From Auanema rhodensis (Eukaryota > Animalia > Nematoda), in NCBI GenBank assembly GCA_964057225.1, contig OZ059898.1:19282001-19346000 (forward strand): a stretch of DNA of 64,000 nt. The letters run 5' to 3'. The position numbers were made by a program, and so were the translations under genes. A model generated the notes under the pieces. It was not told the origin of the DNA, searched no databases, and was given only the letters and a program-made list of their open reading frames with translations. Positions 1 to 10,700 of the stretch are shown here, in pieces; within the stretch, counting starts at the first letter, position 1, and each line of letters begins with the position of its first letter.

Positions 1-38
1 AAAAAAGGAATCTAAAAACATCTACTTTTTGCTAAATT

Positions 39-73
39 ATTTTGAAATTTTTCGAAAAAATTTTTGTCAAAAT
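39..73. repeat. Dyad 1 in each monomer: A/T-tract palindrome
   Basis: Perfect palindrome TTTTTCGAAAAA (48-59), flanked by ATTTTGA (39-45) / TCAAAAT (67-73). An alternative outer pair is AAAAACAT (14-21) / ATGTTTTT (72-79). Confidence 0.8.
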
Positions 74-86
74 GTTTTTGGAAGCA

Positions 87-114
87 ATGTTGAGTGTACA
101 TGGAAACTCAACAT
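87..114. repeat. Dyad 2 in each monomer: perfect 9-bp inverted repeat with 10-nt spacer
   Basis: ATGTTGAGT (87-95) - GTACATGGAA - ACTCAACAT (106-114); the arms are exact reverse complements. Confidence 0.95.
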
Positions 115-197
115 ACACTAATGCATCATTTTTCAAACGATCATAACTAATTTTTGTATTAAGCGTTTCTCCATGTAGTATAGTGCATTTGATGCGG

Positions 198-248
198 ATT
201 TTTAAGCTGCGTCGATCTGTGTTATCAGATTTGCGCTAGCTTAAAAAT
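198..248. repeat. Dyad 3 in each monomer: long imperfect hairpin (~51 nt)
   Basis: ATTTTTAAGCT (198-208) / AGCTTAAAAAT (238-248) pair perfectly over 11 bp, followed by GCG (209-211) / CGC (234-236) and ATCTG (215-219) / CAGAT (226-230), with loop TGTTAT. Confidence 0.95.
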
Positions 249-265
249 GCACCGAGATATCAACT

Positions 266-287
266 GATATAAGTTCACACTTATATC
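266..287. repeat. Dyad 4 in each monomer: perfect 9-bp stem, 4-nt loop
   Basis: GATATAAGT (266-274) - TCAC - ACTTATATC (279-287). It overlaps a competing ATATCA (257-262) / TGATAT (265-270) pair. Confidence 0.95.
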
Positions 288-2800
288 CTCGATTTTCACC
301 CTGAAGAATTAATTTTTTCGTTGAATAACATTGTCCATCGTCTTTGCCTTGAAAAAAGGAATCTAAAAACATCTACTTTTTGCTAAATTATTTTGAAATT
401 TTTCGAAAAAATTTTTGTCAAAATGTTTTTGGAAGCAATGTTGAGTGTACATGGAAACTCAACATACACTAATGCATCATTTTTCAAACGATCATAACTA
501 ATTTTTGTATTAAGCGTTTCTCAATGTAGTATAGTGCATTCGATGCGGATTTTTAAGCTGCGTCGATCTGTGTTATCAGATTTGCGCTAGCTTAAAAATG
601 CACCGAGATATCAACTGATATAAGTTCACACTTATATCCTCGATTTTCACCCTGAAGAATTAATTTTTTCGTTGAATAACATTGTCCATCGTCTTTGCCT
701 TGAAAAAAGGAATCTAAAAACATCTACTTTTTGCTAAATTATTTTGAAATTTTTCGAAAAAATTTTTGTCAAAATGTTTTTGGAAGCAATGTTGAGTGTA
801 CATGGAAACTCAACATACACTAATGCATCATTTTTCAAACGATCATAACTAATTTTTGTATTAAGCGTTTCTCAATGTAGTATAGTGCATTCGATGCGGA
901 TTTTTAAGCTGCGTCGATCTGTGTTATCAGATTTGCGCTAGCTTAAAAATGCACCGAGATATCAACTGATATAAGTTCACACTTATATCCTCGATTTTCA
1001 CCCTGAAGAATTATTTTTTTCGTTGAATAACATTGTCCATCGTCTTTGCCTTGAAAAAAGGAATCTAAAAACATCTACTTTTTGCTAAATTATTTTGAAA
1101 TTTTTCGAAAAAATTTTTGTCAAAATGTTTTTGGAAGCAATGTTGAGTGAACATGGAAACTCAACATACACTAATGCATCATTTTTCGAACAATCATAAC
1201 TAATTTTTGTATTAAGCGTTTTTCAATGTAGTATAGTGCATTCGATGCGGATTTTTAAGCTGCGTCGATCTGTGTTATCAGATTTGCGCTAGCTTAAAAA
1301 TGCACCGAGATATCAACTGATATAAGTTCACACTTATATCCTCGATTTTCACCCTGAAGAATTAATTTTTTCGTTGAATAACATTGTCCATCGTCTTTGC
1401 CTTGAAAAAAGGAATCTAAAAACATCTACTTTTTGCTAAATTATCTTGAAATTTTTCGAAAAAATTTTTGTCAAAATGTTTTTGGAAGCAATGTTGAGTG
1501 AACATGGAAACTCAACATACACTAATGCATCATTTTTCGAACAATCATAACTAATTTTTGTATTAAGCGTTTCTCAATGTAGTATAGTGCATTTGATGCG
1601 GATTTTTAAGCTGCGTCGATCTGTGTTATCAGATTTGCGCTAGCTTAAAAATGCACCGAGATATCAACTGATATAAGTTCACACTTATATCCTCGATTTT
1701 CACCCTGAAGAATTATTTTTTTCGTTGAATAACATTGTCCATCGTCTTTGCCTTGAAAAAAGGAATCTAAAAACATCTACTTTTTGCTAAATTATTTTGA
1801 AATTTTTCGAAAAAATTTTTGTCAAAATGTTTTTGGAAGCAATGTTGAGTGTACATGGAAACTCAACATACACTAATGCATCATTTTTCAAACGATCATA
1901 ACTAATTTTTGTATTAAGCATTTCTCAATGTAGTATAGTGCATTCGATGCGGATTTTTAAGCTGCGTCGATCTGTGTTATCAGATTTGCGCTAGCTTAAA
2001 AATGCACCGAGATATCAACTGATATAAGTTCACACTTATATCCTCGATTTTCACCCTGAAGAATTATTTTTTTCGTTGAATAACATTGTCCATCGTCTTT
2101 GCCTTGAAAAAAGGAATCTAAAAACATCTACTTTTTGCTAAATTATTTTGAAATTTTTCGAAAAAATTTTTGTCAAAATGTTTTTGGAAGCAATGTTGAG
2201 TGAACATGGAAACTCAACATACACTAATGCATCATTTTTCGAACAATCATAACTAATTTTTGTATTAAGCGTTTCTCAATGTAGTATAGTGCATTTGATG
2301 CGGATTTTTAAGCTGCGTCGATCTGTGTTATCAGATTTGCGCTAGCTTAAAAATGCACCGAGATATCAACTGATATAAGTTCACACTTATATCCTCGATT
2401 TTCACCCTGAAGAATTAATTTTTTCGTTGAATAACATTGTCCATCGTCTTTGCCTTGAAAAAAGGAATCTAAAAACATCTACTTTTTGCTAAATTATTCT
2501 GAAATTTTTCGAAAAAATTTTTGTCAAAATGTTTTTGGAAGCAATGTTGAGTGTACATGGAAACTCAACATACACTAATGCATCATTTTTCAAACGATCA
2601 TAACTAATTTTTGTATTAAGCGTTTCTCAATGTAGTATAGTGCATTTGATGCGGATTTTTAAGCTGCGTCGATCTGTGTTATCAGATTTGCGCTAGCTTG
2701 AAAATGCACCGAGATATCAACTGATATAAGTTCACACTTATATCCTCGATTTTCACCCTGAAGAATTATTTTTTTCGTTGAATAACATTGTCCATCGTCT

Positions 2801-5800
2801 CTGCCTTGAAAAAAGGAATCTAAAAACATCTACTTTTTGCTAAATTATTTTGAAATTTTTCGAAAAAATTTTTGTCAAAATGTTTTTGGAAGCAATGTTG
2901 AGTGAACATGGAAACTCAACATACACTAATGCATCATTTTTCGAACAATCATAACTAATTTTTGTATTAAGCGTTTCTCAATGTAGTATAGTGCATTTGA
3001 TGCGGATTTTTAAGCTGCGTCGATCTGTGTTATCAGATTTGCGCTAGCTTAAAAATGCACCGAGATATCAACTGATATAAGTTCACACTTATATCCTCGA
3101 TTTTCACCCTGAAGAATTAATTTTTTCGTTGAATAACATTGTCCATCGTCTTTGCCTTGAAAAAAGGAATCTAAAAACATCTACTTTTTGCTAAATTATT
3201 TTGAAATTTTTCGAAAAAATTTTTGTCAAAATGTTTTTGGAAGCAATGTTGAGTGTACATGGAAACTCAACATACACTAATGCATCATTTTTCAAACGAT
3301 CATAACTAATTTTTGTATTAAGCGTTTTTCAATGTAGTATAGTGCATTCGATGCGGATTTTTAAGCTGCGTCGATCTGTGTTATCAGATTTGCGCTAGCT
3401 TAAAAATGCACCGAGATATCAACTGATATAAGTTCACACTTATATCCTCGATTTTCACCCTGAAGAATTAATTTTTTCGTTGAATAACATTGTCCATCGT
3501 CTTTGCCTTGAAAAAAGGAATCTAAAAACATCTACTTTTTGCTAAATTATTTTGAAATTTTTCGAAAAAATTTTTGTCAAAATGTTTTTGGAAGCAATGT
3601 TGAGTGAACATGGAAACTCAACATACACTAATGCATCATTTTTCGAACAATCATAACTAATTTTTGTATTAAGCGTTTCTCAATGTAGTATAGTGCATTT
3701 GATGCGGATTTTTAAGCTGCGTCGATCTGTGTTATCAGATTTGCGCTAGCTTAAAAATGCACCGAGATATCAACTGATATAAGTTCACACTTATATCCTC
3801 GATTTTCACCCTGAAGAATTATTTTTTTCGTTGAATAACATTGTCCATCGTCTTTGCCTTGAAAAAAGGAATCTAAAAACATCTACTTTTTGCTAAATTA
3901 TTTTGAAATTTTTCGAAAAAATTTTTGTCAAAATGTTTTTGGAAGCAATGTTGAGTGTACATGGAAACTCAACATACACTAATGCATCATTTTTCAAACG
4001 ATCATAACTAATTTTTGTATTAAGCGTTTCTCCATGTAGTATAGTGCATTTGATGCGGATTTTTAAGCTGCGTCGATCTGTGTTATCAGATTTGCGCTAG
4101 CTTAAAAATGCACCGAGATATCAACTGATATAAGTTCACACTTATATCCTCGATTTTCACCCTGAAGAATTAATTTTTTCGTTGAATAACATTGTCCATC
4201 GTCTTTGCCTTGAAAAAAGGAATCTAAAAACATCTACTTTTTGCTAAATTATTTTGAAATTTTTCGAAAAAATTTTTGTCAAAATGTTTTTGGAAGCAAT
4301 GTTGAGTGTACATGGAAACTCAACATACACTAATGCATCATTTTTCAAACGATCATAACTAATTTTTGTATTAAGCGTTTCTCAATGTAGTATAGTGCAT
4401 TCGATGCGGATTTTTAAGCTGCGTCGATCTGTGTTATCAGATTTGCGCTAGCTTAAAAATGCACCGAGATATCAACTGATATAAGTTCACACTTATATCC
4501 TCGATTTTCACCCTGAAGAATTAATTTTTTCGTTGAATAACATTGTCCATCGTCTTTGCCTTGAAAAAAGGAATCTAAAAACATCTACTTTTTGCTAAAT
4601 TATTTTGAAATTTTTCGAAAAAATTTTTGTCAAAATGTTTTTGGAAGCAATGTTGAGTGTACATGGAAACTCAACATACACTAATGCATCATTTTTCAAA
4701 CGATCATAACTAATTTTTGTATTAAGCGTTTCTCAATGTAGTATAGTGCATTCGATGCGGATTTTTAAGCTGCGTCGATCTGTGTTATCAGATTTGCGCT
4801 AGCTTAAAAATGCACCGAGATATCAACTGATATAAGTTCACACTTATATCCTCGATTTTCACCCTGAAGAATTAATTTTTTCGTTGAATAACATTGTCCA
4901 TCGTCTTTGCCTTGAAAAAAGGAATCTAAAAACATCTACTTTTTGCTAAATTATTTTGAAATTTTTCGAAAAAATTTTTGTCAAAATGTTTTTGGAAGCA
5001 ATGTTGAGTGTACATGGAAACTCAACATACACTAATGCATCATTTTTCAAACGATCATAACTAATTTTTGTATTAAGCGTTTCTCAATGTAGTATAGTGC
5101 ATTTGATGCGGATTTTTAAGCTGCGTCGATCTGTGTTATCAGATTTGCGCTAGCTTAAAAATGCACCGAGATATCAACTGATATAAGTTCACACTTATAT
5201 CCTCGATTTTCACCCTGAAGAATTAATTTTTTCGTTGAATAACATTGTCCATCGTCTTTGCCTTGAAAAAAGGAATCTAAAAACATCTACTTTTTGCTAA
5301 ATTATTTTGAAATTTTTCGAAAAAATTTTTGTCAAAATGTTTTTGGAAGCAATGTTGAGTGTACATGGAAACTCAACATACACTAATGCATCATTTTTCA
5401 AACGATCATAACTAATTTTTGTATTAAGCGTTTCTCAATGTAGTATAGTGCATTCGATGCGGATTTTTAAGCTGCGTCGATCTGTGTTATCAGATTTGCG
5501 CTAGCTTAAAAATGCACCGAGATATCAACTGATATAAGTTCACACTTATATCCTCGATTTTCACCCTGAAGAATTATTTTTTTCGTTGAATAACATTGTC
5601 CATCGTCTTTGCCTTGAAAAAAGGAATCTAAAAACATCTACTTTTTGCTAAATTATTTTGAAATTTTTCGAAAAAATTTTTGTCAAAATGTTTTTGGAAG
5701 CAATGTTGAGTGAACATGGAAACTCAACATACACTAATGCATCATTTTTCGAACAATCATAACTAATTTTTGTATTAAGCGTTTCTCAATGTAGTATAGT

Positions 5801-7722
5801 GCATTCGATGCGGATTTTTAAGCTGCGTCGATCTGTGTTATCAGATTTGCGCTAGCTTAAAAATGCACCGAGATATCAACTGATATAAGTTCACACTTAT
5901 ATCCTCGATTTTCACCCTGAAGAATTAATTTTTTCGTTGAATAACATTGTCCATCGTCTCTGCCTTGAAAAAAGGAATCTAAAAACATCTACTTTTTGCT
6001 AAATTATTTTGAAATTTTTCGAAAAAATTTTTGTCAAAATGTTTTTGGAAGCAATGTTGAGTGAACATGGAAACTCAACATACACTAATGCATCATTTTT
6101 CGAACAATCATAACTAATTTTTGTATTAAGCGTTTCTCAATGTAGTATAGTGCATTTGATGCGGATTTTTAAGCTGCGTCGATCTGTGTTATCAGATTTG
6201 CGCTAGCTTAAAAATGCACCGAGATATCAACTGATATAAGTTCACACTTATATCCTCGATTTTCACCCTGAAGAATTAATTTTTTCGTTGAATAACATTG
6301 TCCATCGTCTTTGCCTTGAAAAAAGGAATCTAAAAACATCTACTTTTTGCTAAATTATTTTGAAATTTTTCGAAAAAATTTTTGTCAAAATGTTTTTGGA
6401 AGCAATGTTGAGTGTACATGGAAACTCAACATACACTAATGCATCATTTTTCAAACGATCATAACTAATTTTTGTATTAAGCGTTTTTCAATGTAGTATA
6501 GTGCATTCGATGCGGATTTTTAAGCTGCGTCGATCTGTGTTATCAGATTTGCGCTAGCTTAAAAATGCACCGAGATATCAACTGATATAAGTTCACACTT
6601 ATATCCTCGATTTTCACCCTGAAGAATTAATTTTTTCGTTGAATAACATTGTCCATCGTCTTTGCCTTGAAAAAAGGAATCTAAAAACATCTACTTTTTG
6701 CTAAATTATTTTGAAATTTTTCGAAAAAATTTTTGTCAAAATGTTTTTGGAAGCAATGTTGAGTGAACATGGAAACTCAACATACACTAATGCATCATTT
6801 TTCGAACAATCATAACTAATTTTTGTATTAAGCGTTTCTCAATGTAGTATAGTGCATTTGATGCGGATTTTTAAGCTGCGTCGATCTGTGTTATCAGATT
6901 TGCGCTAGCTTAAAAATGCACCGAGATATCAACTGATATAAGTTCACACTTATATCCTCGATTTTCACCCTGAAGAATTATTTTTTTCGTTGAATAACAT
7001 TGTCCATCGTCTTTGCCTTGAAAAAAGGAATCTAAAAACATCTACTTTTTGCTAAATTATTTTGAAATTTTTCGAAAAAATTTTTGTCAAAATGTTTTTG
7101 GAAGCAATGTTGAGTGTACATGGAAACTCAACATACACTAATGCATCATTTTTCAAACGATCATAACTAATTTTTGTATTAAGCGTTTCTCCATGTAGTA
7201 TAGTGCATTTGATGCGGATTTTTAAGCTGCGTCGATCTGTGTTATCAGATTTGCGCTAGCTTAAAAATGCACCGAGATATCAACTGATATAAGTTCACAC
7301 TTATATCCTCGATTTTCACCCTGAAGAATTAATTTTTTCGTTGAATAACATTGTCCATCGTCTTTGCCTTGAAAAAAGGAATCTAAAAACATCTACTTTT
7401 TGCTAAATTATTTTGAAATTTTTCGAAAAAATTTTTGTCAAAATGTTTTTGGAAGCAATGTTGAGTGTACATGGAAACTCAACATACACTAATGCATCAT
7501 TTTTCAAACGATCATAACTAATTTTTGTATTAAGCGTTTCTCAATGTAGTATAGTGCATTCGATGCGGATTTTTAAGCTGCGTCGATCTGTGTTATCAGA
7601 TTTGCGCTAGCTTAAAAATGCACCGAGATATCAACTGATATAAGTTCACACTTATATCCTCGATTTTCACCCTGAAGAATTAATTTTTTCGTTGAATAAC
7701 ATTGTCCATCGTCTTTGCCTTG
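2801..7722 (+). repeat. Block duplication with 9-monomer (3159 bp) offset: end of M8 to M13 vs end of M17 to M22
   Basis: Rare variants repeat at a 3159-bp offset: 344C (2801/5960), 169T (3328/6487), 172C (4033/7192). The haplotype order is the same. Confidence 0.8.
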
Positions 7723-10700
7723 AAAAAAGGAATCTAAAAACATCTACTTTTTGCTAAATTATTTTGAAATTTTTCGAAAAAATTTTTGTCAAAATGTTTT
7801 TGGAAGCAATGTTGAGTGTACATGGAAACTCAACATACACTAATGCATCATTTTTCAAACGATCATAACTAATTTTTGTATTAAGCGTTTCTCAATGTAG
7901 TATAGTGCATTTGATGCGGATTTTTAAGCTGCGTCGATCTGTGTTATCAGATTTGCGCTAGCTTAAAAATGCACCGAGATATCAACTGATATAAGTTCAC
8001 ACTTATATCCTCGATTTTCACCCTGAAGAATTAATTTTTTCGTTGAATAACATTGTCCATCGTCTTTGCCTTGAAAAAAGGAATCTAAAAACATCTACTT
8101 TTTGCTAAATTATTTTGAAATTTTTCGAAAAAATTTTTGTCAAAATGTTTTTGGAAGCAATGTTGAGTGTACATGGAAACTCAACATACACTAATGCATC
8201 ATTTTTCAAACGATCATAACTAATTTTTGTATTAAGCGTTTCTCAATGTAGTATAGTGCATTCGATGCGGATTTTTAAGCTGCGTCGATCTGTGTTATCA
8301 GATTTGCGCTAGCTTAAAAATGCACCGAGATATCAACTGATATAAGTTCACACTTATATCCTCGATTTTCACCCTGAAGAATTAATTTTTTCGTTGAATA
8401 ACATTGTCCATCGTCTTTGCCTTGAAAAAAGGAATCTAAAAACATCTACTTTTTGCTAAATTATTTTGAAATTTTTCGAAAAAATTTTTGTCAAAATGTT
8501 TTTGGAAGCAATGTTGAGTGTACATGGAAACTCAACATACACTAATGCATCATTTTTCAAACGATCATAACTAATTTTTGTATTAAGCGTTTCTCAATGT
8601 AGTATAGTGCATTTGATGCGGATTTTTAAGCTGCGTCGATCTGTGTTATCAGATTTGCGCTAGCTTAAAAATGCACCGAGATATCAACTGATATAAGTTC
8701 ACACTTATATCCTCGATTTTCACCCTGAAGAATTAATTTTTTCGTTGAATAACATTGTCCATCGTCTTTGCCTTGAAAAAAGGAATCTAAAAACATCTAC
8801 TTTTTGCTAAATTATTTTGAAATTTTTCGAAAAAATTTTTGTCAAAATGTTTTTGGAAGCAATGTTGAGTGTACATGGAAACTCAACATACACTAATGCA
8901 TCATTTTTCAAACGATCATAACTAATTTTTGTATTAAGCGTTTCTCAATGTAGTATAGTGCATTCGATGCGGATTTTTAAGCTGCGTCGATCTGTGTTAT
9001 CAGATTTGCGCTAGCTTAAAAATGCACCGAGATATCAACTGATATAAGTTCACACTTATATCCTCGATTTTCACCCTGAAGAATTATTTTTTTCGTTGAA
9101 TAACATTGTCCATCGTCTTTGCCTTGAAAAAAGGAATCTAAAAACATCTACTTTTTGCTAAATTATTTTGAAATTTTTCGAAAAAATTTTTGTCAAAATG
9201 TTTTTGGAAGCAATGTTGAGTGAACATGGAAACTCAACATACACTAATGCATCATTTTTCGAACAATCATAACTAATTTTTGTATTAAGCGTTTCTCAAT
9301 GTAGTATAGTGCATTCGATGCGGATTTTTAAGCTGCGTCGATCTGTGTTATCAGATTTGCGCTAGCTTAAAAATGCACCGAGATATCAACTGATATAAGT
9401 TCACACTTATATCCTCGATTTTCACCCTGAAGAATTAATTTTTTCGTTGAATAACATTGTCCATCGTCTTTGCCTTGAAAAAAGGAATCTAAAAACATCT
9501 ACTTTTTGCTAAATTATTTTGAAATTTTTCGAAAAAATTTTTGTCAAAATGTTTTTGGAAGCAATGTTGAGTGTACATGGAAACTCAACATACACTAATG
9601 CATCATTTTTCAAACGATCATAACTAATTTTTGTATTAAGCGTTTCTCAATGTAGTATAGTGCATTCGATGCGGATTTTTAAGCTGCGTCGATCTGTGTA
9701 ATCAGATTTGCGCTAGCTTAAAAATGCACCGAGATATCAACTGATATAAGTTCACACTTATATCCTCGATTTTCACCCTGAAGAATTAATTTTTTCGTTG
9801 AATAACATTGTCCATCGTCTTTGCCTTGAAAAAAGGAATCTAAAAACATCTACTTTTTGCTAAATTATTTTGAAATTTTTCGAAAAAATTTTTGTCAAAA
9901 TGTTTTTGGAAGCAATGTTGAGTGTACATGGAAACTCAACATACACTAATGCATCATTTTTCAAACGATCATAACTAATTTTTGTATTAAGCGTTTCTCA
10001 ATGTAGTATAGTGCATTCGATGCGGATTTTTAAGCTGCGTCGATCTGTGTTATCAGATTTGCGCTAGCTTAAAAATGCACCGAGATATCAACTGATATAA
10101 GTTCACACTTATATCCTCGATTTTCACCCTGAAGAATTAATTTTTTCGTTGAATAACATTGTCCATCGTCTTTGCCTTGAAAAAAGGAATCTAAAAACAT
10201 CTACTTTTTGCTAAATTATTTTGAAATTTTTCGAAAAAATTTTTGTCAAAATGTTTTTGGAAGCAATGTTGAGTGTACATGGAAACTCAACATACACTAA
10301 TGCATCATTTTTCAAACGATCATAACTAATTTTTGTATTAAGCGTTTCTCAATGTAGTATAGTGCATTCGATGCGGATTTTTAAGCTGCGTCGATCTGTG
10401 TTATCAGATTTGCGCTAGCTTAAAAATGCACCGAGATATCAACTGATATAAGTTCACACTTATATCCTCGATTTTCACCCTGAAGAATTAATTTTTTCGT
10501 TGAATAACATTGTCCATCGTCTTTGCCTTGAAAAAAGGAATCTAAAAACATCTACTTTTTGCTAAATTATTTTGAAATTTTTCGAAAAAATTTTTGTCAA
10601 AATGTTTTTGGAAGCAATGTTGAGTGTACATGGAAACTCAACATACACTAATGCATCATTTTTCAAACGATCATAACTAATTTTTGTATTAAGCGTTTCT

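Larger units (their letters stand above)
1..351 (+). repeat. Reference monomer M1 (arbitrary phase), used for monomer-relative coordinates
   Basis: First complete period. It has single NheI (GCTAGC 235-240), NsiI (ATGCAT 121-126) and EcoRV (GATATC 256-261) sites. Common polymorphic positions are 97 T/A, 135+139 (A..G = type X; G..A = type Y), 190 C/T, 312 A/T and 319 C/T. Confidence 0.98.

Noticed and set aside
198-248. Helitron 3' end (hairpin + CTAG at 236-239), MITE, or Rho-independent terminator
   Set aside because: The CTAG lies within the larger hairpin, and no element boundaries, terminal repeats or target duplications can be defined. There is no gene context or U-tract for a terminator.
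198-248. Stem variants preserving G-U pairing on the plus strand as evidence of RNA-level selection
   Set aside because: Five variants give G-U (207T, 234T, 240T, 243G, 247G) but three give A-C (216C, 219A, 239A). Any transition gives a wobble on one strand, and no compensatory pairs were seen.
316-332. CENP-B box-like TTTCGTTGAATAACATT
   Set aside because: It matches only the TTCG....A half and lacks the essential CGGG. The C at 319 is also frequently mutated.
1-351. Array-long ORF, since 351 is divisible by 3
   Set aside because: All six frames have stops in each monomer: plus strand TAA at 13, 33 and 119; minus strand TAG from CTA at 12, 22 and 32. Only short spurious ORFs remain.
1-351. 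Assignment to a known family (e.g. Drosophila 1.688, tenebrionid ~350-360 bp satellites) or a dimer of a ~176-bp plant centromeric unit
   Set aside because: Only length and AT content are similar. I recognise no diagnostic sequence, and the two halves do not align. BLAST, Dfam or Repbase searches are needed.
301-354. Hammerhead ribozyme, as in newt, schistosome and cave-cricket satellites: CTGAAGA matches CUGANGA, and GAAA occurs at 351-354 and 103-106
   Set aside because: No stem II joins CUGAAGA to a GAAA. The stem following GAAA at 103 would put G at the cleavage position, which is disallowed. The minus strand has only CUGAUAA. An Infernal/Rfam search of a dimer would settle it.
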